A stretch of DNA of 63,869 bases, filler included, from Choristocarpus tenellus KU-1152 (taxonomy: Eukaryota > Protista > Phaeophyceae): assembly GCA_964200185.2 (NCBI GenBank). It is 10 parts of 10 records of this genome, joined end to end, with 100 filler letters (N's around TTAATTAATTAA, not from the genome) between each part and the next. Parts side by side here need not be neighbours in the genome. Positions count along the whole stretch, not along the records: positions 1 to 8,287 come from CAXNAD020004897.1; positions 8,388 to 19,193 come from CAXNAD020002702.1; 8 more parts are not named here. One strand, given 5' to 3'. The position numbers were made by a program, and so were the translations under genes. A model generated the notes under the pieces. The model made no database searches. It saw nothing but the letters and a program-made list of their open reading frames with translations, and was not told the DNA's origin. This document shows positions 1-12,700 of this stretch, in pieces; position 1 is the stretch's first letter, and the number at the start of each line of letters is the position of its first letter.

Positions 1-92
1 ACAAACACGATAGCCAAAATTACATCAAAAGCGCAACATTGGATTTTGGCCCCCAAATGGATGCGGCCCTACCGTCTAAGATACTTTGGCTC
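1..92. mobile_element. MITE family A, terminal fragment
   Basis: Matches 25437-25528 and 23586-23673 and ends in the TIR-like TACCGTCTAAGATACTTTGGCTC. Confidence 0.75.
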
Positions 93-841
93 TTTCACCC
101 ATGCCATAAAATTGAATGCCTTTCCTGAGAACCGACGTAAACAAGCAACACCCTTATTCTTGTTTTGGGCACATTGTATTTTAAGCCCTTTTATAATCTC
201 GAGCAATTCACCCTCATTCCTATGGATGAAGGGGTAATACTGACTTTAAAAGCCTTGGTTTTCTCTGCCACTTGACAATTAAAAAAATAGAATTAAGAAA
301 AGTCGGATTTTGCACATAGTTGTCAGCATCCTTAGAATGAAACCCTGAGTACCTCTTATTTACTTTGGCTCCGAATTGCTTGTGAAATGACACGGAGGGT
401 TTGCCTGAGGTGGGATCTTGTTGTTCTATAAATGAAACTCCTGCCTCCCATAACCCCAGGTCGATGTACTATTTGGAGCTCACAACAATCTGAGCAATTT
501 CAGCCCATGTTGAATAATAGTTTTCAACCTCGATCCCACAAGTAGCAATCATGCCAACCCCAGACCCTATATCCTACACCCACCTCCAACTCGAACCCCT
601 TCACTATTTTCAGGCATATTACAAACCCCTCCTTCAACTCCTGTCCTGCTTTGATGCTATTCTTCTATTCTGGTCTCAAGGTCCTGATGCAGTCCACCCG
701 TATCCCCACAGAGCTCTACGAAATATTTCAAACCTGAACAAAAACGATATTTCAAACCTGAAGAGAGTTCCTGGCGATGGATTCTTTTCTCTGGCAGTGT
801 GCAGTAAGTGGAGATGTCACAGCATCCTCTTCCCCACTCAC

Positions 842-3800
842 CCCTTCCACTGAACCCTGTTCCCCTATTGAAGTGTACTCATCACCCAAGCCAGAATTAG
901 GTGCTTGAGTAACTTCTTCTTGACCTTTGCTACGATGGTCACTGGGAAGTTCTGCCCTGGCACTAGGAGAACGTTCCCTGCCTCCTCCTCCTCCTCCTCC
1001 ACCAATGCTACAAGATTCATCTGAAGTCAAGCTCGCATTTTGCTTCATCAGCTGATCAACAAGTGCCTGAGGAAGACAGAGAGGAGGAAAAAACAAACTA
1101 CCTGAGTGTAATCCGCTAGTAATAGTTGTGCTGATTTGTTCCAAACACACAGATTTGATGGCAATCTTTGGCTTGCTTGAACTGAATGGTATGATTGGAC
1201 TTTCGTGAAAAAACTAAGGAAGAAAGGGCATAAATCAAAGCCCCTTGTCTGCAGAGGGGCCCTATTTAGGTGTGAAGCTACCAGGAGTGACTGGAATCCT
1301 CCAGGAGTTGGTAATGCACCCTGGTACCAAACAGAACAGGACTAGCAGTAAATTCCCTTGGGCACCACTGCCTACCCCTTACCCTCATTTGCTCAAGCTC
1401 ATCCATGAGCTTTTTCTCGGCAGCTGTTGCCATCACTGTGGTTTTCTTTGGCTGCAGCTTCACTACTGAGGCATTCTTGGCAAAACCCAGAGTAGCAAAA
1501 GTGTAGCGGTGGTATGTTACCTCAGGGCGAATAGCGCAGAAAAGGTATGTCCTTGGTTGTTTGGAGGGCAGGCAAGGAGGGGACATCGGGGAGCATTAGA
1601 GGGGGAGACAGAGAAATATGGAGAGTATTTTGTGGTAGGTGGCGGTAGTGGAGACTTGTAACAAGGTGTTTTTATTAATATAGTCTGGGTTGAACTCTGC
1701 GGCAAGGATACACCTGAGTCGTTACGTTGATGCAGGTTCAGACTTACTGCTGAATCTGGAGCGCTGCTGGAGTCTGGGTCAGGGGCGAGGATGTCAAGGT
1801 TTGGACAAGGGTCACAGTTGAATTCAGACCTTCTTGTTCAACCAACAGTGGCATGTGTGTGTCTGTGTGTGCTTGTGTAACCATTTTCATTGGATAGAAC
1901 TAGCAGACTGGAGTAATCGAGTTACAAAGCAATACATGAAAACTGGGTGTGATGAGAGGTGATGAGAGCCTGAGGTTATAGATGGCAAGTGCATGATGAT
2001 GGAATGCACCTGGCCTGCAGCATGGTGTCCTTGAGGTACTTGCAAAGAAAATAGGAATTGCAGCCCGGGATTGAGAGGCCTGGCTTAAGTGTTCCCTTTT
2101 GCACAGCCTCTGCCATCTTCATGAAAAACTGGGCCATCTGCATTCATCATTTGTGGAGAATGAGGGGTGTCACGGCAAGAGAAATCAAATGCGTGTCGCA
2201 AAATTTATGATTGGTTGGTCATTAGAAACATCACAATGGCTGGATAGGGGGGTATAGGTGTACATAATGGGTATGGGCACACAATGATCACCAACAGAAA
2301 ACGTTGAAACCACACAAATGTTTGTCATGATTTGTGCAGGGTAGGGATTCATAAACTGTAATATTACCAGACTTTATGAAAAGGGCAGCTCGGTACTAAA
2401 AAGACAGACATTGAGTGCTGCTTGCAAGGGAATCCACCTTTGGCAACAATATGTACCATGTAACTGGGACTCTATTATTTATTCCCTTCCTCTGTGTAGT
2501 TGGGGCAAGAGCCCTCAGCTCTGCAGATGTAGTGTGCATGATAAGTCTAGCAACACAGAGGACTCAAGCTGGTCAGCGAAATAATGTACTGGACCATGGC
2601 AAAGGTCGATTACTATATACGGTGAAGGAGAATGATATGTTGACAAGGGTGTGAGGTCTAGTGAGGATAAAATCACCTGTCATAGCAAATATTAGTGTGT
2701 AGCTAAGGGTCTCTCTCTCTCTCTCTCTGGCAGCAATGGGCAACACCTACGCACAAAAAATCTAAATACCATGATATATACTATACTACAATACCTACAA
2801 TTCGTTTTGGAAGGACTAGGCTGCTGCTGCGAACAACCGAACCAAGTTCAGATGCAGGGATAGGAACAGGACTGAGATACTGCTGCACTAACAGCGATTG
2901 AAGTTATCGTGGCCAAGGGCCAGGATCCAGCAGGGCTCTTTTTGAAAGTGACAAGTCAAAGATAAAATACATGGACAAGACTACTGTGGTGAACACCAAT
3001 CCCAGACCTAAGGACCAGGGAAAGTGTACAAAACCAATGCTGGGAGCAGGATAAGTTGGCAAGGGTCAATATCTGGTACAGGGTCACAAAAGCACTAACA
3101 TATACTCATTGGTCCACATCTCTGTGAAACCACAAATATAACCCAGGCCTTCCTTCTGCCCCCCGGCTCCAGAGCATTTTGGAGTCACCTTCCTACTTCA
3201 ACAGAACCTCAAGCCCCACCTCACTGAGAGACAGGTTGATCTTCTTGCCTTGATCCTGCAGCTCTTTCGTTTTACGTGCATCTGGATGTGGCCCTGTGTA
3301 CTCATACTCTACATCTCCTCCATCATACACCTGCCGCAGGGTTGTCAGTCACCATATTTTGTGTCAGGTTTAACTGAGACTATAAGCACGCACTTTTTTA
3401 GGGACTTGTGCTTGAGGACAGGTAGTCCTTCCCAGCTTTGTGCGTAGAAAAATTGAGGCAACAAGGAAGGGGAAGATGTGAGGATCAGATGGGACACAGG
3501 GAGTGGAAAGAGTAAGCAATGGAAACAACTGCACCTTTGCCTTGGGACCAATTCCTTGGATGAGAAAGATTGGAAATCCCTAGAAGTAGTATGGCGATGT
3601 CAACCCTAACATGAGCACCACTATCAAGGTCTCCAAGGTTGACATATTCAATATGAAGTTATGCCATCCACTGCTCTGTAATTCTTACTCCAAAGTATAG
3701 GAATACAAATACCCACTACAGTGAGATGAATCCTACATTTAGTCAAGAACAGGGTACAATTTTCTTTTTCTGTGGCACATATGGTGCTATAGGAAGGATC

Positions 3801-6800
3801 CCTCTGCACTAGCCTCCCCACATAATCTCTATCCTTCTCAAGCCTCAAGAGCGGCAAAATCTAGTCCAGCACAAGTTGATGGACTTGTGATGTGGCATCA
3901 AGAATGCTACCCTTCAAACATATTGTCTTAGCCAGAAATGCAGGAAGCAGTGTCAAACAAGACCATTGTATACCAAAACCTTCCCTCTGTACCTAGACCC
4001 ATCCTATCTTAGACAAGGGTGTTGTTGAGTATTTGGGGACCATATGACTCTCTTCTAGTACATGTGAGAGTCAAAGTAAACGAGAGGTACCAAGAGTTGC
4101 ATTATAAGGATACTGACCAGCATGTGCAAAATTCGGCTTTTTATACAAATGAGTATAGGAAATTTTCCGAATTCTGTCGAAAACTTTCAAACAACGGAGG
4201 AATCAACCCTCTCAAGTCAAACTTAGCATTTCATCCATGGAAATATGGGTGAATTTCAAGAGACTATAAAACTGGCTTATACTGTAGAACGGCCAAAACC
4301 TGGGTATCTCTCATTTACTTTGACTCTGTGCTTCTAGATTCTGAAGAGCTATGATAATGAGTGCCTGCCCATTGTTCTACAGGTATAGCATCCTAAGGGG
4401 GGTTAGCAGCATTTCATGCATGGGAATGAGGTGTTGGACAGAAGGTATAAAGAGTCCTAAAAATACTCAGGAGGGCCTAAACAAACCCCCCTCGAAGATA
4501 GGATGGCTCTGACTCACAATCTTCTTGTACATGGCATACACAATGTCACCTGCTGGTTCTGTACCAGCCAGGTCACAAACGTACACCCTGCCCTTCTGCT
4601 TCATGCCTGGCATGTCTGGGTGGGGCATTTCTACCTCAAGGGTCATTATGCAATGCCCACGTGTGCTCTGATGGTTGAACTGGAAGAGGTTTGGAGTATG
4701 GTATATTATAATGACACCAAAAAGGAGAGGGTAAATGGAGGCAGAGCATGAGGATAAGCTCAGCAATAGATTATATGGTGGAGTGGACAAGCAAAAGTGA
4801 ATTCCACTGTTCAGGTATTGCAAAAGGTGGGGAGATTTACTGGGACAATTTTGCACATAGTTCTAGCCCTAAACTAACCACAAGCTATAGGAATACAAAA
4901 ATATTTTTATGATTATAAGAAGGTTGGGAGGGTGGGGGGGACAGCAGAGCAGATGTATCCCAATAGCGCAAAGTGATAAATACACCATTCCATTGATACA
5001 AATATGAATTAAAAAAAATATCACATTCCCTGTGCTCCCACTTCACACTTATTCCTTTGAAGTATCGATCTTGATGTGACTCTATGATGACCTTGTGCAC
5101 TCTATCAGTGCACTCTTTTCAGGACCATGGTCGCTGCAGATTTAGTCTCTTAATACAAGGTGAAACAAATGTTCCCACAGTCACAAAATCAAGGACCCTA
5201 GGACGCCAGCCTCTGCCCCTACACCCACCTCCCCAGCCCACAATCAGTCCAGTGATGGATGCAAGTTCAATGGTTGAAGAGCAATGACAGGAAGTGCCTG
5301 AATATCTCGCACTCTTGTCCCCATCCTCCTCCTGTCCATCCTTTCTCCTCTCCCTTGCCTGGGTTGGAGCAATAGCCTTGCGGGCATTAGCAGCCTTGAA
5401 TGCGTTCCTCAGGTCATCCCAAGAGTTGAGCACAACGCTGCTGCACCATGAGATGTCTGTGAATCCATCAGCGTCCTTTTTCATTCCATTCTTGTAGTGC
5501 ATTTCCTTCCCAACAGGGCTCATAAGATCTCGGACAGTATCCACCTTCCAAAGTTGAGAGAAATCGTGGTGGCAGCTAGTGAGGGAGTGGGGTGGCTAGA
5601 GTAGTATGTATATGAGTCAGGATCGGGGAGATATGTGAGTGAGGTTGAGATAGGTGGTAGCTGGGATAGCTCCAAGTTTGCCTATATTGTGTCTGTATCT
5701 GTGTGCTTGTGGGTGGGTGAGTGGATTGATGGGGATGGCGGTTACCAAAATGATTTGTAGGTCTGTAGGCGAAGGAGTTGGGACTGTGTAGCTGGGGTAT
5801 GACGACCTTCAAGTCACTAATTTGGGTTTAGACGAGCAAATGAATGAGAAGGAGCTCGAGCATGGCTGATACAAAGTAGTCCAGAGTAAAAGAAAAGGGG
5901 GTAGAGCTTTAGAGTCGTTGAAAAGGTTGTACTTATTTTTTCAATCATGCAGGAGCTTGGAACAAGTGAGACCTTCACCAGAACACATGATACTCAACGA
6001 CTTCATTCTGTGTCTAAAAAAACCAAGAGGGGGATAGAAAGTCATCCTGTGATAGCCACAGAGAACACACATTTTGATGGGCTATGAAATCCACCTTAGA
6101 TACTCCAGAAGTATGGATTAGGCTCTTGCTCACATTGTGCCACAACATGCGTCTGATTTTTATGGTTCCTGATTGGTAGGTTTGTCCATTGGCCCCACTG
6201 ACTAACTAGCAACACAATCGCCCAAGGGTGTTACCGATCTATTGGTGTTTTTCCAATGTCCAGGTAAAACGAAGTTGGCAGTGGCCTCACAACAGCAATA
6301 ATGTAATCTTTTGTATCATTTTCCGTCATAACGACCAAAATATGAAGGGACTAAGTTGGTAGACTACCGAGGACTTGGGTTTGGCATTGTTGTAGTCCTT
6401 GTTTCTAAATGAGATGCATTTTTTTCGAAATACTCTAAGCGCTACTCATACATCTGCTTCTTGCTACAAACTAGTATAGATTCAAAAGCATCATACTATG
6501 TGTGTTGTCCTATTTGTGTCTGTTTGTGGAATTGGTGCTGGCTGTTGAATTTTACACATGTGACCAAGCAAAGAAAGTACAAAAGAAGAACAAAGCAGGT
6601 CAAGCAGTTGAATTTTGCAGGGACCTATCAAAATGGACCTTGTCATGGTCACAGTAGGCTCCCCACGTCAGAGTAGGGAGAAAAGATTGGTGTCTTGCGG
6701 GATGTGTTTGGCACACATCACTAAAAGTACATCCTACAAATGACATTGTTACGTCTAGCATATTCACATTTTGTTGGTCTCTTGGATGACCCTTCATATC

Positions 6801-7969
6801 AACTAGCTTCTTGAGTTGTGTTTCCTGTCTCGACTATGTGGCAATAGAATACATTATCACTGGCCTCCCTGCATTATCTCTCCTTGGCACAATCCGGTCA
6901 ACTGGAGGAATCTTCCCAATTTTTCCTACATACTGCAGAGTCCATGGTCATTGCAGTGTTTGCAAACACCCACCATTCAACCTCAGATGCATGATATTGA
7001 ACCACAGGTCGTTTGAGGTGTAATGATACAAATCAGTGAATCATTGGTCATCACATAAATAACATGTAGAAGAGCATGCAAAAGTGATCTAGACCCACCC
7101 TGCCATTATGCCCGACTCACCACGTTCTGGAAGTATTTCATAGTAACCTTCCAACCATCCCTCTTTTCTACGAAGACCTCATAAGCTAGGCGAGGAAATA
7201 TCCCCCACATTTTATGTGGCACACTGTGCTTGAACCAGGCCTGAGGGTCAGAAGTTGAGCTGGGGATGTTAATGTCAGGAAAATGGTACTAGATGTGTGG
7301 GAAGCAAAAAATAATTAATAGTCAGTCCTAGGAATACAATTTGATCAGAGTCTTACACTCCATACTTCATCAACTTGTTCTTCCGAAAATGCATCTACTT
7401 TCTTTTCCAGGGTCATTTTGGGATAGAGTTCTACCAATATGTTAAGCAAATCGAAGGGGAATAGGCTGACTTCCGGTGTCGTCTCACCTCCGGCAGGTCG
7501 ATTGCATCGGGACCAAAGACAGTGAAGGTTTTGCCAGATCCCGAAAGTCCGTAGGCAAAGAGGACTACAGCATTGCCAGTCAATAGGTCATCCTTGACCT
7601 TTCTTCCCACAGATTCATACACCTTCACATTTTTTGTTCGAAAGGTCACGCAATTTAGATATATGGATATTTTGATAGTGTAAAACTCGAAGTCATCGAA
7701 TTGCGCCAGTCAGAATTTACTGTTCAAGTGATAGGTGTCTTCAACATAGCCTATCTGTTATTGGATCAGCCCTTAGTTTTTGGTTGACCTCATTCCAAAT
7801 TATTCTGACAGTGATATATACAAGAGCATACATGGTCCTGGTCGACAAGTTGCATAGCCTCTGCCTCAGTCAAGTTGCTTTTCAAGTGCCGTGGAAAGCC
7901 ATATGCAGACCACCAAGCGTATGTGAAGGCGAACCGTGTCGTCGAATAGGATGAGTTGAGGATATCGAT
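842..7969 (-). CDS. Divergent kinesin motor protein (multi-exon; 5' end missing, 3' end uncertain)
   Basis: Phase-consistent exons: 7969-7832, 7622-7488 (P-loop FAYGLSGSGKTFT), 7240-7121 (GIFPR), 5544-5359 (VRDLM; GC donor), 4679-4518 (switch I NHQSTRGH, switch II DLAGTE), 3330-3220 (KINLSLSE), 2137-2010, 1551-1383 (TYLFCAIRPE..TFATLGFA), 1066-842 (or to 758; coiled coil then Gly/Ser-rich). Kinesin motif order is complete. Confidence 0.93.
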
Positions 7970-8287
7970 CTGCGGGGATGCAGATGAACACAAATGGGAC
8001 ATGTCAGGGTGAACACAAGCTAGCACTTCATACGTCTCAATGTTTATCTCGTAGAAACTGCAGTTATGGATAATAAGGAGAAATATAATAATTCGTCAAT
8101 GGACAGGCTTCTGGCTCGAAGTATCTGGGGGGGGGCGGCAGCTGTCCATCTGGACCCACTTTTCCATGTTCTATTTCGGTGATTTGGTTGCATGTATCGG
8201 ATGGCTAATGCAAGGGCACTTTTCCTGGTCAAGTTCCGAATGGACGCTCTGGTGTAGACCCCCCTGTGCATGACCCTTTGAGCTGCG

Positions 8288-8387
8288 NNNNNNNNNNNNN
8301 NNNNNNNNNNNNNNNNNNNNNNNNNNNNNNNTTAATTAATTAANNNNNNNNNNNNNNNNNNNNNNNNNNNNNNNNNNNNNNNNNNNN
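8288..8387. other. Artificial contig-joining linker (N44-TTAATTAATTAA-N44)
   Basis: Identical 100-bp linker with stops in all six frames, also at 19194-19293, 27019-27118, 36230-36329, 40042-40141, 43857-43956, 49611-49710, 55182-55281 and 59564-59663. Confidence 0.99.
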
Positions 8388-8444
8388 GCCCCAAGTGGAC
8401 AAACAGGGCAAAACTCGTACCCTCTAAGATACTTTCTTTCACTC
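8388..8444. mobile_element. MITE family A, terminal fragment at contig start
   Basis: GCCCCAAGTGGACAAACAGGGCAAAACTCGTACCCTCTAAGATACTTT..TTCACTC matches 25087-25139. Confidence 0.8.
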
Positions 8445-8699
8445 ATTCGGAACAGTGAAAGTAGGCATCTCAGATTTTATGGGTATGATATATAGCTGGG
8501 ATAATCCTACCCACTTCGCGGAAATGTCTTCTTCTGCAGGAGGAGTGAGATGGTGTGCGATGGTAACAAGAGGATTCCTCTTGAAAAAAAGGTGGGTAAG
8601 ACGTTTCAATCCCTGCGATCAATCCACCCACCAAAACCAGTGAAGGGAGAGAAAATGAATATTCCTCTTGTTTTGCTCTTGGAAGGCACATTGTCACAA

Positions 8700-9160
8700 T
8701 TCCGCAAGTGGGAGGAGATAGCCGGCAGGTGGACCCTCAATATGTCCCTGCAGACAAAGAACAATGCTTGTGATATGCCTCCTCACCATCTCGTGCTATT
8801 GGTACGCTGTAATAACAATACTGAGGTTCAAATGGACTGCCACTTTCAACCATCATCATCCAACAACGGTGTCACTGCTGCTGCAGGGGAGGCCAAATCG
8901 GAATCTCTGTGACGGATCTTTTGACCTTTGTAGCCTTAACGCCAACACCTTCGTGATGGAAAGCTTTGGGCATATAGCCACACAAGCAGAGCAATTTCTG
9001 AATGAGCTGGCGAGTCATGTTGTGAGTGGGCCGAGAGAGGACCTTTTTAGTCAGAAGCGAGTAGTGAAGGCGCACCTGTGACCGATTGTTTCAAGTACGT
9101 GCTCAAAGAGAATACCCAGACGTGTGATGCGTTTTAAACCAGAGATATCGGGTTGGTGGG
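8700..9160 (+). mobile_element. Degenerate 3' end of a non-LTR retrotransposon with restriction-like endonuclease (CRE/NeSL-like)
   Basis: Frameshifted peptides GVTAAAGEAK.. and TFVMESFGHIATQAEQFLNELASHVV resemble the C-terminal REL signature (PxxxExxG...A..FL..LA). A (GA)n(CA)n microsatellite follows near 9232-9272. Confidence 0.5.
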
Positions 9161-9559
9161 CTTGGAGGCGCTTGACAGACATGTGGAGGGGATTTTCTCT
9201 TGTTTCTTGACCTTCACATAGTCGGATAAAAAACACAGAGAGAGAGACACACACACGCACAGACACACACACCAACATCAGACACCAAGACGATGAACCA
9301 AGCCAATCATAAACAGCCTGGAAACTGAAAAAATGGAAGGTTCATTCACCATCCTGTAATGAGGTTCCAAGGTGTATCAGCAAAGAATATCGATATTGAA
9401 TTTTTCGATACCTCTATCTACGAAATATGAAAGTAGGAGTCAAGGACGGTAGAGAAGGGAACAGGGTTGGGACAGTCAAGGGTCGAAGTAGTTGTATTTC
9501 AATTGCAGTTTTTGAGATCCCTTAATATCACGAATACATACAATATTTAGTTGTCGAAT

Positions 9560-9720
9560 GTCCCTTGCGCGCCATCCGTCACAACGATCGTGTAGTATCT
9601 CCTCTCTCCGCCATTATACGCGCGCAAACCGCGAGTGGGCTTGCCATACGAGAAGGTTACCTTAATCATATTTTGGACTTTGGACCTCTTCAGCGCAAGC
9701 CGAACGCTTTGCCTTGTCGA
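9560..9720 (+). promoter_or_regulatory. CpG-rich putative promoter/5' region
   Basis: CG-dense stretch (TGCGCGCC, TATACGCGCGCAAACCGCGAG) just upstream of ATG 9762, in otherwise CpG-poor DNA. Confidence 0.35.
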
Positions 9721-9761
9721 TGAAGTAGGAAGGGAAGAGGAAAGTAATAAGTGAAGGAAGG

Positions 9762-12700
9762 ATGTCTTCGGGAGAGGCTCTGCTGCGGGCTTGTATCGTT
9801 GATGAAGTGGAAGAGACCTGCCAGGTGGTGACCAAGTCCCGGAATGCCAAAATTATGGTGAGTCCATTCCAACACCAATTGGATCACTCTATCCCATGCA
9901 CACTCTCCCACTTTTCTATTTTACCCGCATGCTAACGAATATATCCACGTCTCGTCCAGGATGAGATTGCAGGTATTTGCTCAACGCGCGAGCAGTTAAT
10001 CACGAGGGAAATGCTCAAGCACCATATGTCTGTTGGTGTCGGGCGAACGTCACTGGCCGTGCATGTGGATGCGAGCACATTGCAAGAGAACCCAGGGGCG
10101 AGGTGAGCGCTGATTGAATGTGAATATCTTCCTTTCTGGCCCATTCCTCCACATCATGCGTGAAATAGATCGAAAGAACGCTTCTTGCACTCTTCAATGT
10201 CTCCGGACTTTTTTGATGCCGAGTCCGGTTCTTGCCTGACTTGTCTTATTCAGAACCATACCTTGTGTTGTCGACCAATATGACCCTATCAATGAACTAA
10301 TTAAACAAATTCCGTGATCCTGACCAACGAGCAGATCAAGTCGCGAGACTGGCAAGGAAAGGGACGTTGGAGAGTGGGGTACGTTCTCTGATACAGACGA
10401 AGCAACCTTCCAACATTTTCTGGACCACCTTGTGAGGGGTTGCCATGATGATGCTGAAGGGAAGCACGTGAGAAATTAGATTAGTGAGAGACTCTTCGCT
10501 ATTAGTTTGCCTTCTCCTTGTAGAGAAGTTCTGGCTCAGCGGGGCTTATTGAGAGCAATCTCCATTGATGCTACAGCCTACTTGTAGTGACACGTACCTA
10601 TATCGGTTAGCAATCCGGAGACATAGGGAGGAAATCAAACAGGGAAGCCCAACCCAAGCGTAGATTACTCACTTCGCTCTGTTTGTTTGGCCACAGGAAC
10701 CAGCCGCACCAACAGAGGCATGGGAGGAGGTCAGCGAGTTGGCGCACGAAAAGGTAACCAGCACAAACATTCTCCACTCTCAGTGTGCCCGTGTACTTTT
10801 GAGTTGATTGCTTGTAAAAGCCTCTCCAAGTCACTGAAGTAAATGAGGAACTTTAGATGCAGGATTATTTCCACAGCCTTAACGTTAACGGTGCTCACAT
10901 CATGTCTATGTCTGACCTGCATATGCGATTGCCCACCCTGGATACGTCAGCTGCTGCAAGTTAAGGTGGACCCAAGAGTATTTACACCTCTCCTCTTGTC
11001 TGTGAAGGTGAGACGGTGAATTCACTGCTTGGTGATGGATGCCTGGTGAAAGGTGCATAAACTCTCTCTTGCCTTTACCTGTACAGTTCTGGATCAAGCA
11101 GTTTAAAGTGTCAAATCATTGCCCATGTCAAGTCTACCCCTTGAAATGTAGCCACTGTGCATTTTCTGGATGTGTTGGTTCATGTCGGGCAGGCATCTGA
11201 TCCTGTTCTATACAGGGCCCTGCTGAGTCACCCTCTCTTGACTGGAAGATACAAGGCCAAGCGCCGCAAAAAGAAGAGACGGAGCAAGGACAAGGAGAGA
11301 GACAAAGGAAAAGATAGGGACAAATACAAGGTGCTGACTGACGGTGATCTAGTATTGCTTCTAAGCCATTTGTACCTACCCCCCCTTTTGACTCAGCATA
11401 AAAACTTCACTGTGTTTTTGCATCCCTCCTCCGCATTGTCTTAGGATGTCGATGGTCATAAGGAAGAAACTGAAGGGAGTAGGGGTTCCCCCCAAGGTAG
11501 ACATGGTGGATTGGGAAGTGGGGGATCAGCAGCAGACCTTAGTCGTCTGGTGTCCTTCCACTCATCGCTGCAGCCGGATTTTAAGGTGTGCTGTGATATT
11601 GAGCTGTATTGTTTATCTTGGGCTTGGCTTGGTAGGGTGTCTACTTTTTTTTATGCAGTGAACATGTCACGCATAGAACATTGCTTCCTTGGTAAATGAA
11701 TGCTAAAATGGAAGACCTACGACTATTGTGGTGTAGATTGCTAGGTGGCCTGTGAAGTTTTGCCTCTGTTTCTCCCAGTTGGCCTACTATTGAAATACCA
11801 TACACATTCTCAGTCCTACGCTTCCCTTGATTATGCTTCTATCCAATATTTTCTCATGCAACAGTAGATAAGTTGTTACTTGGGAAGATACTCTAGATAT
11901 TATTCCTGTTCTAAACCCCCTGCATCTCTCTGCTGCATGTCCTTGACATTTTTGTCAACAGGTGGCACCACTTGAGCGTGCCTCTGTGGAGATCCACTCA
12001 GCTTGTGTTACTGCTAAGGCTGTGTCAGATGGAGGTTTACAGGCTGCCCTTATTGCCTCCAAACTTCTGGTGAGACAGATGTAATGCTTATTATTGGAAC
12101 CCCTGCCCTGACCCTTGCCTCAATCTATATCCACCTCCTTTTCCTTGTAATGTGGTCGTGTTTTAATTAGTAGTATATCTCAAGCCAGAGGAGGGGTGAA
12201 ACACTTAGATTTTGGACCTGAATGAGTCACAGGTGCAGTTTGGTTCCAGGGTTGTTGGATTATATCTGTCTATATGTGAATGATGTGAGATTTTTTGTGT
12301 GGCACAGGTTACATTGATGAAAACCAAATCTGATGATTGTCACCACGGTTTGCACCAGGTGTGCACGTTTCTCCAGACACTTCCAGCAGAATGTTTAGGA
12401 GACGGAGAGGTTCGAAGTGTTGAGACACCGCTATCCAAGGATTCAGAATCCATGTTCAGACTGGGTGTGGGAAAGCTTGATTGCAGCACTGGAGCAAAGC
12501 TTCCTTTGGGATCTATGCTGGCAGTTCTGTGTCAGCGGGGAGGATTATTTGAGGGTCAAAACCCGTTCAGGCATGACAGACTGTTTACTCGTCCACAGTT
12601 TTTAATATCCTCCCACTCCAGACTCATTTGCCAACGAATTTCGATGCTAGAGCGACGATAGAAATGCACATGCTTTGTGTGTATGTGTACTTTTGAAGTG

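Noticed and set aside
8288-8387. Recurrent TTAATTAATTAA motif inside N runs
   Set aside because: Artificial six-frame-stop linker; gene neighbourhoods across it are meaningless.
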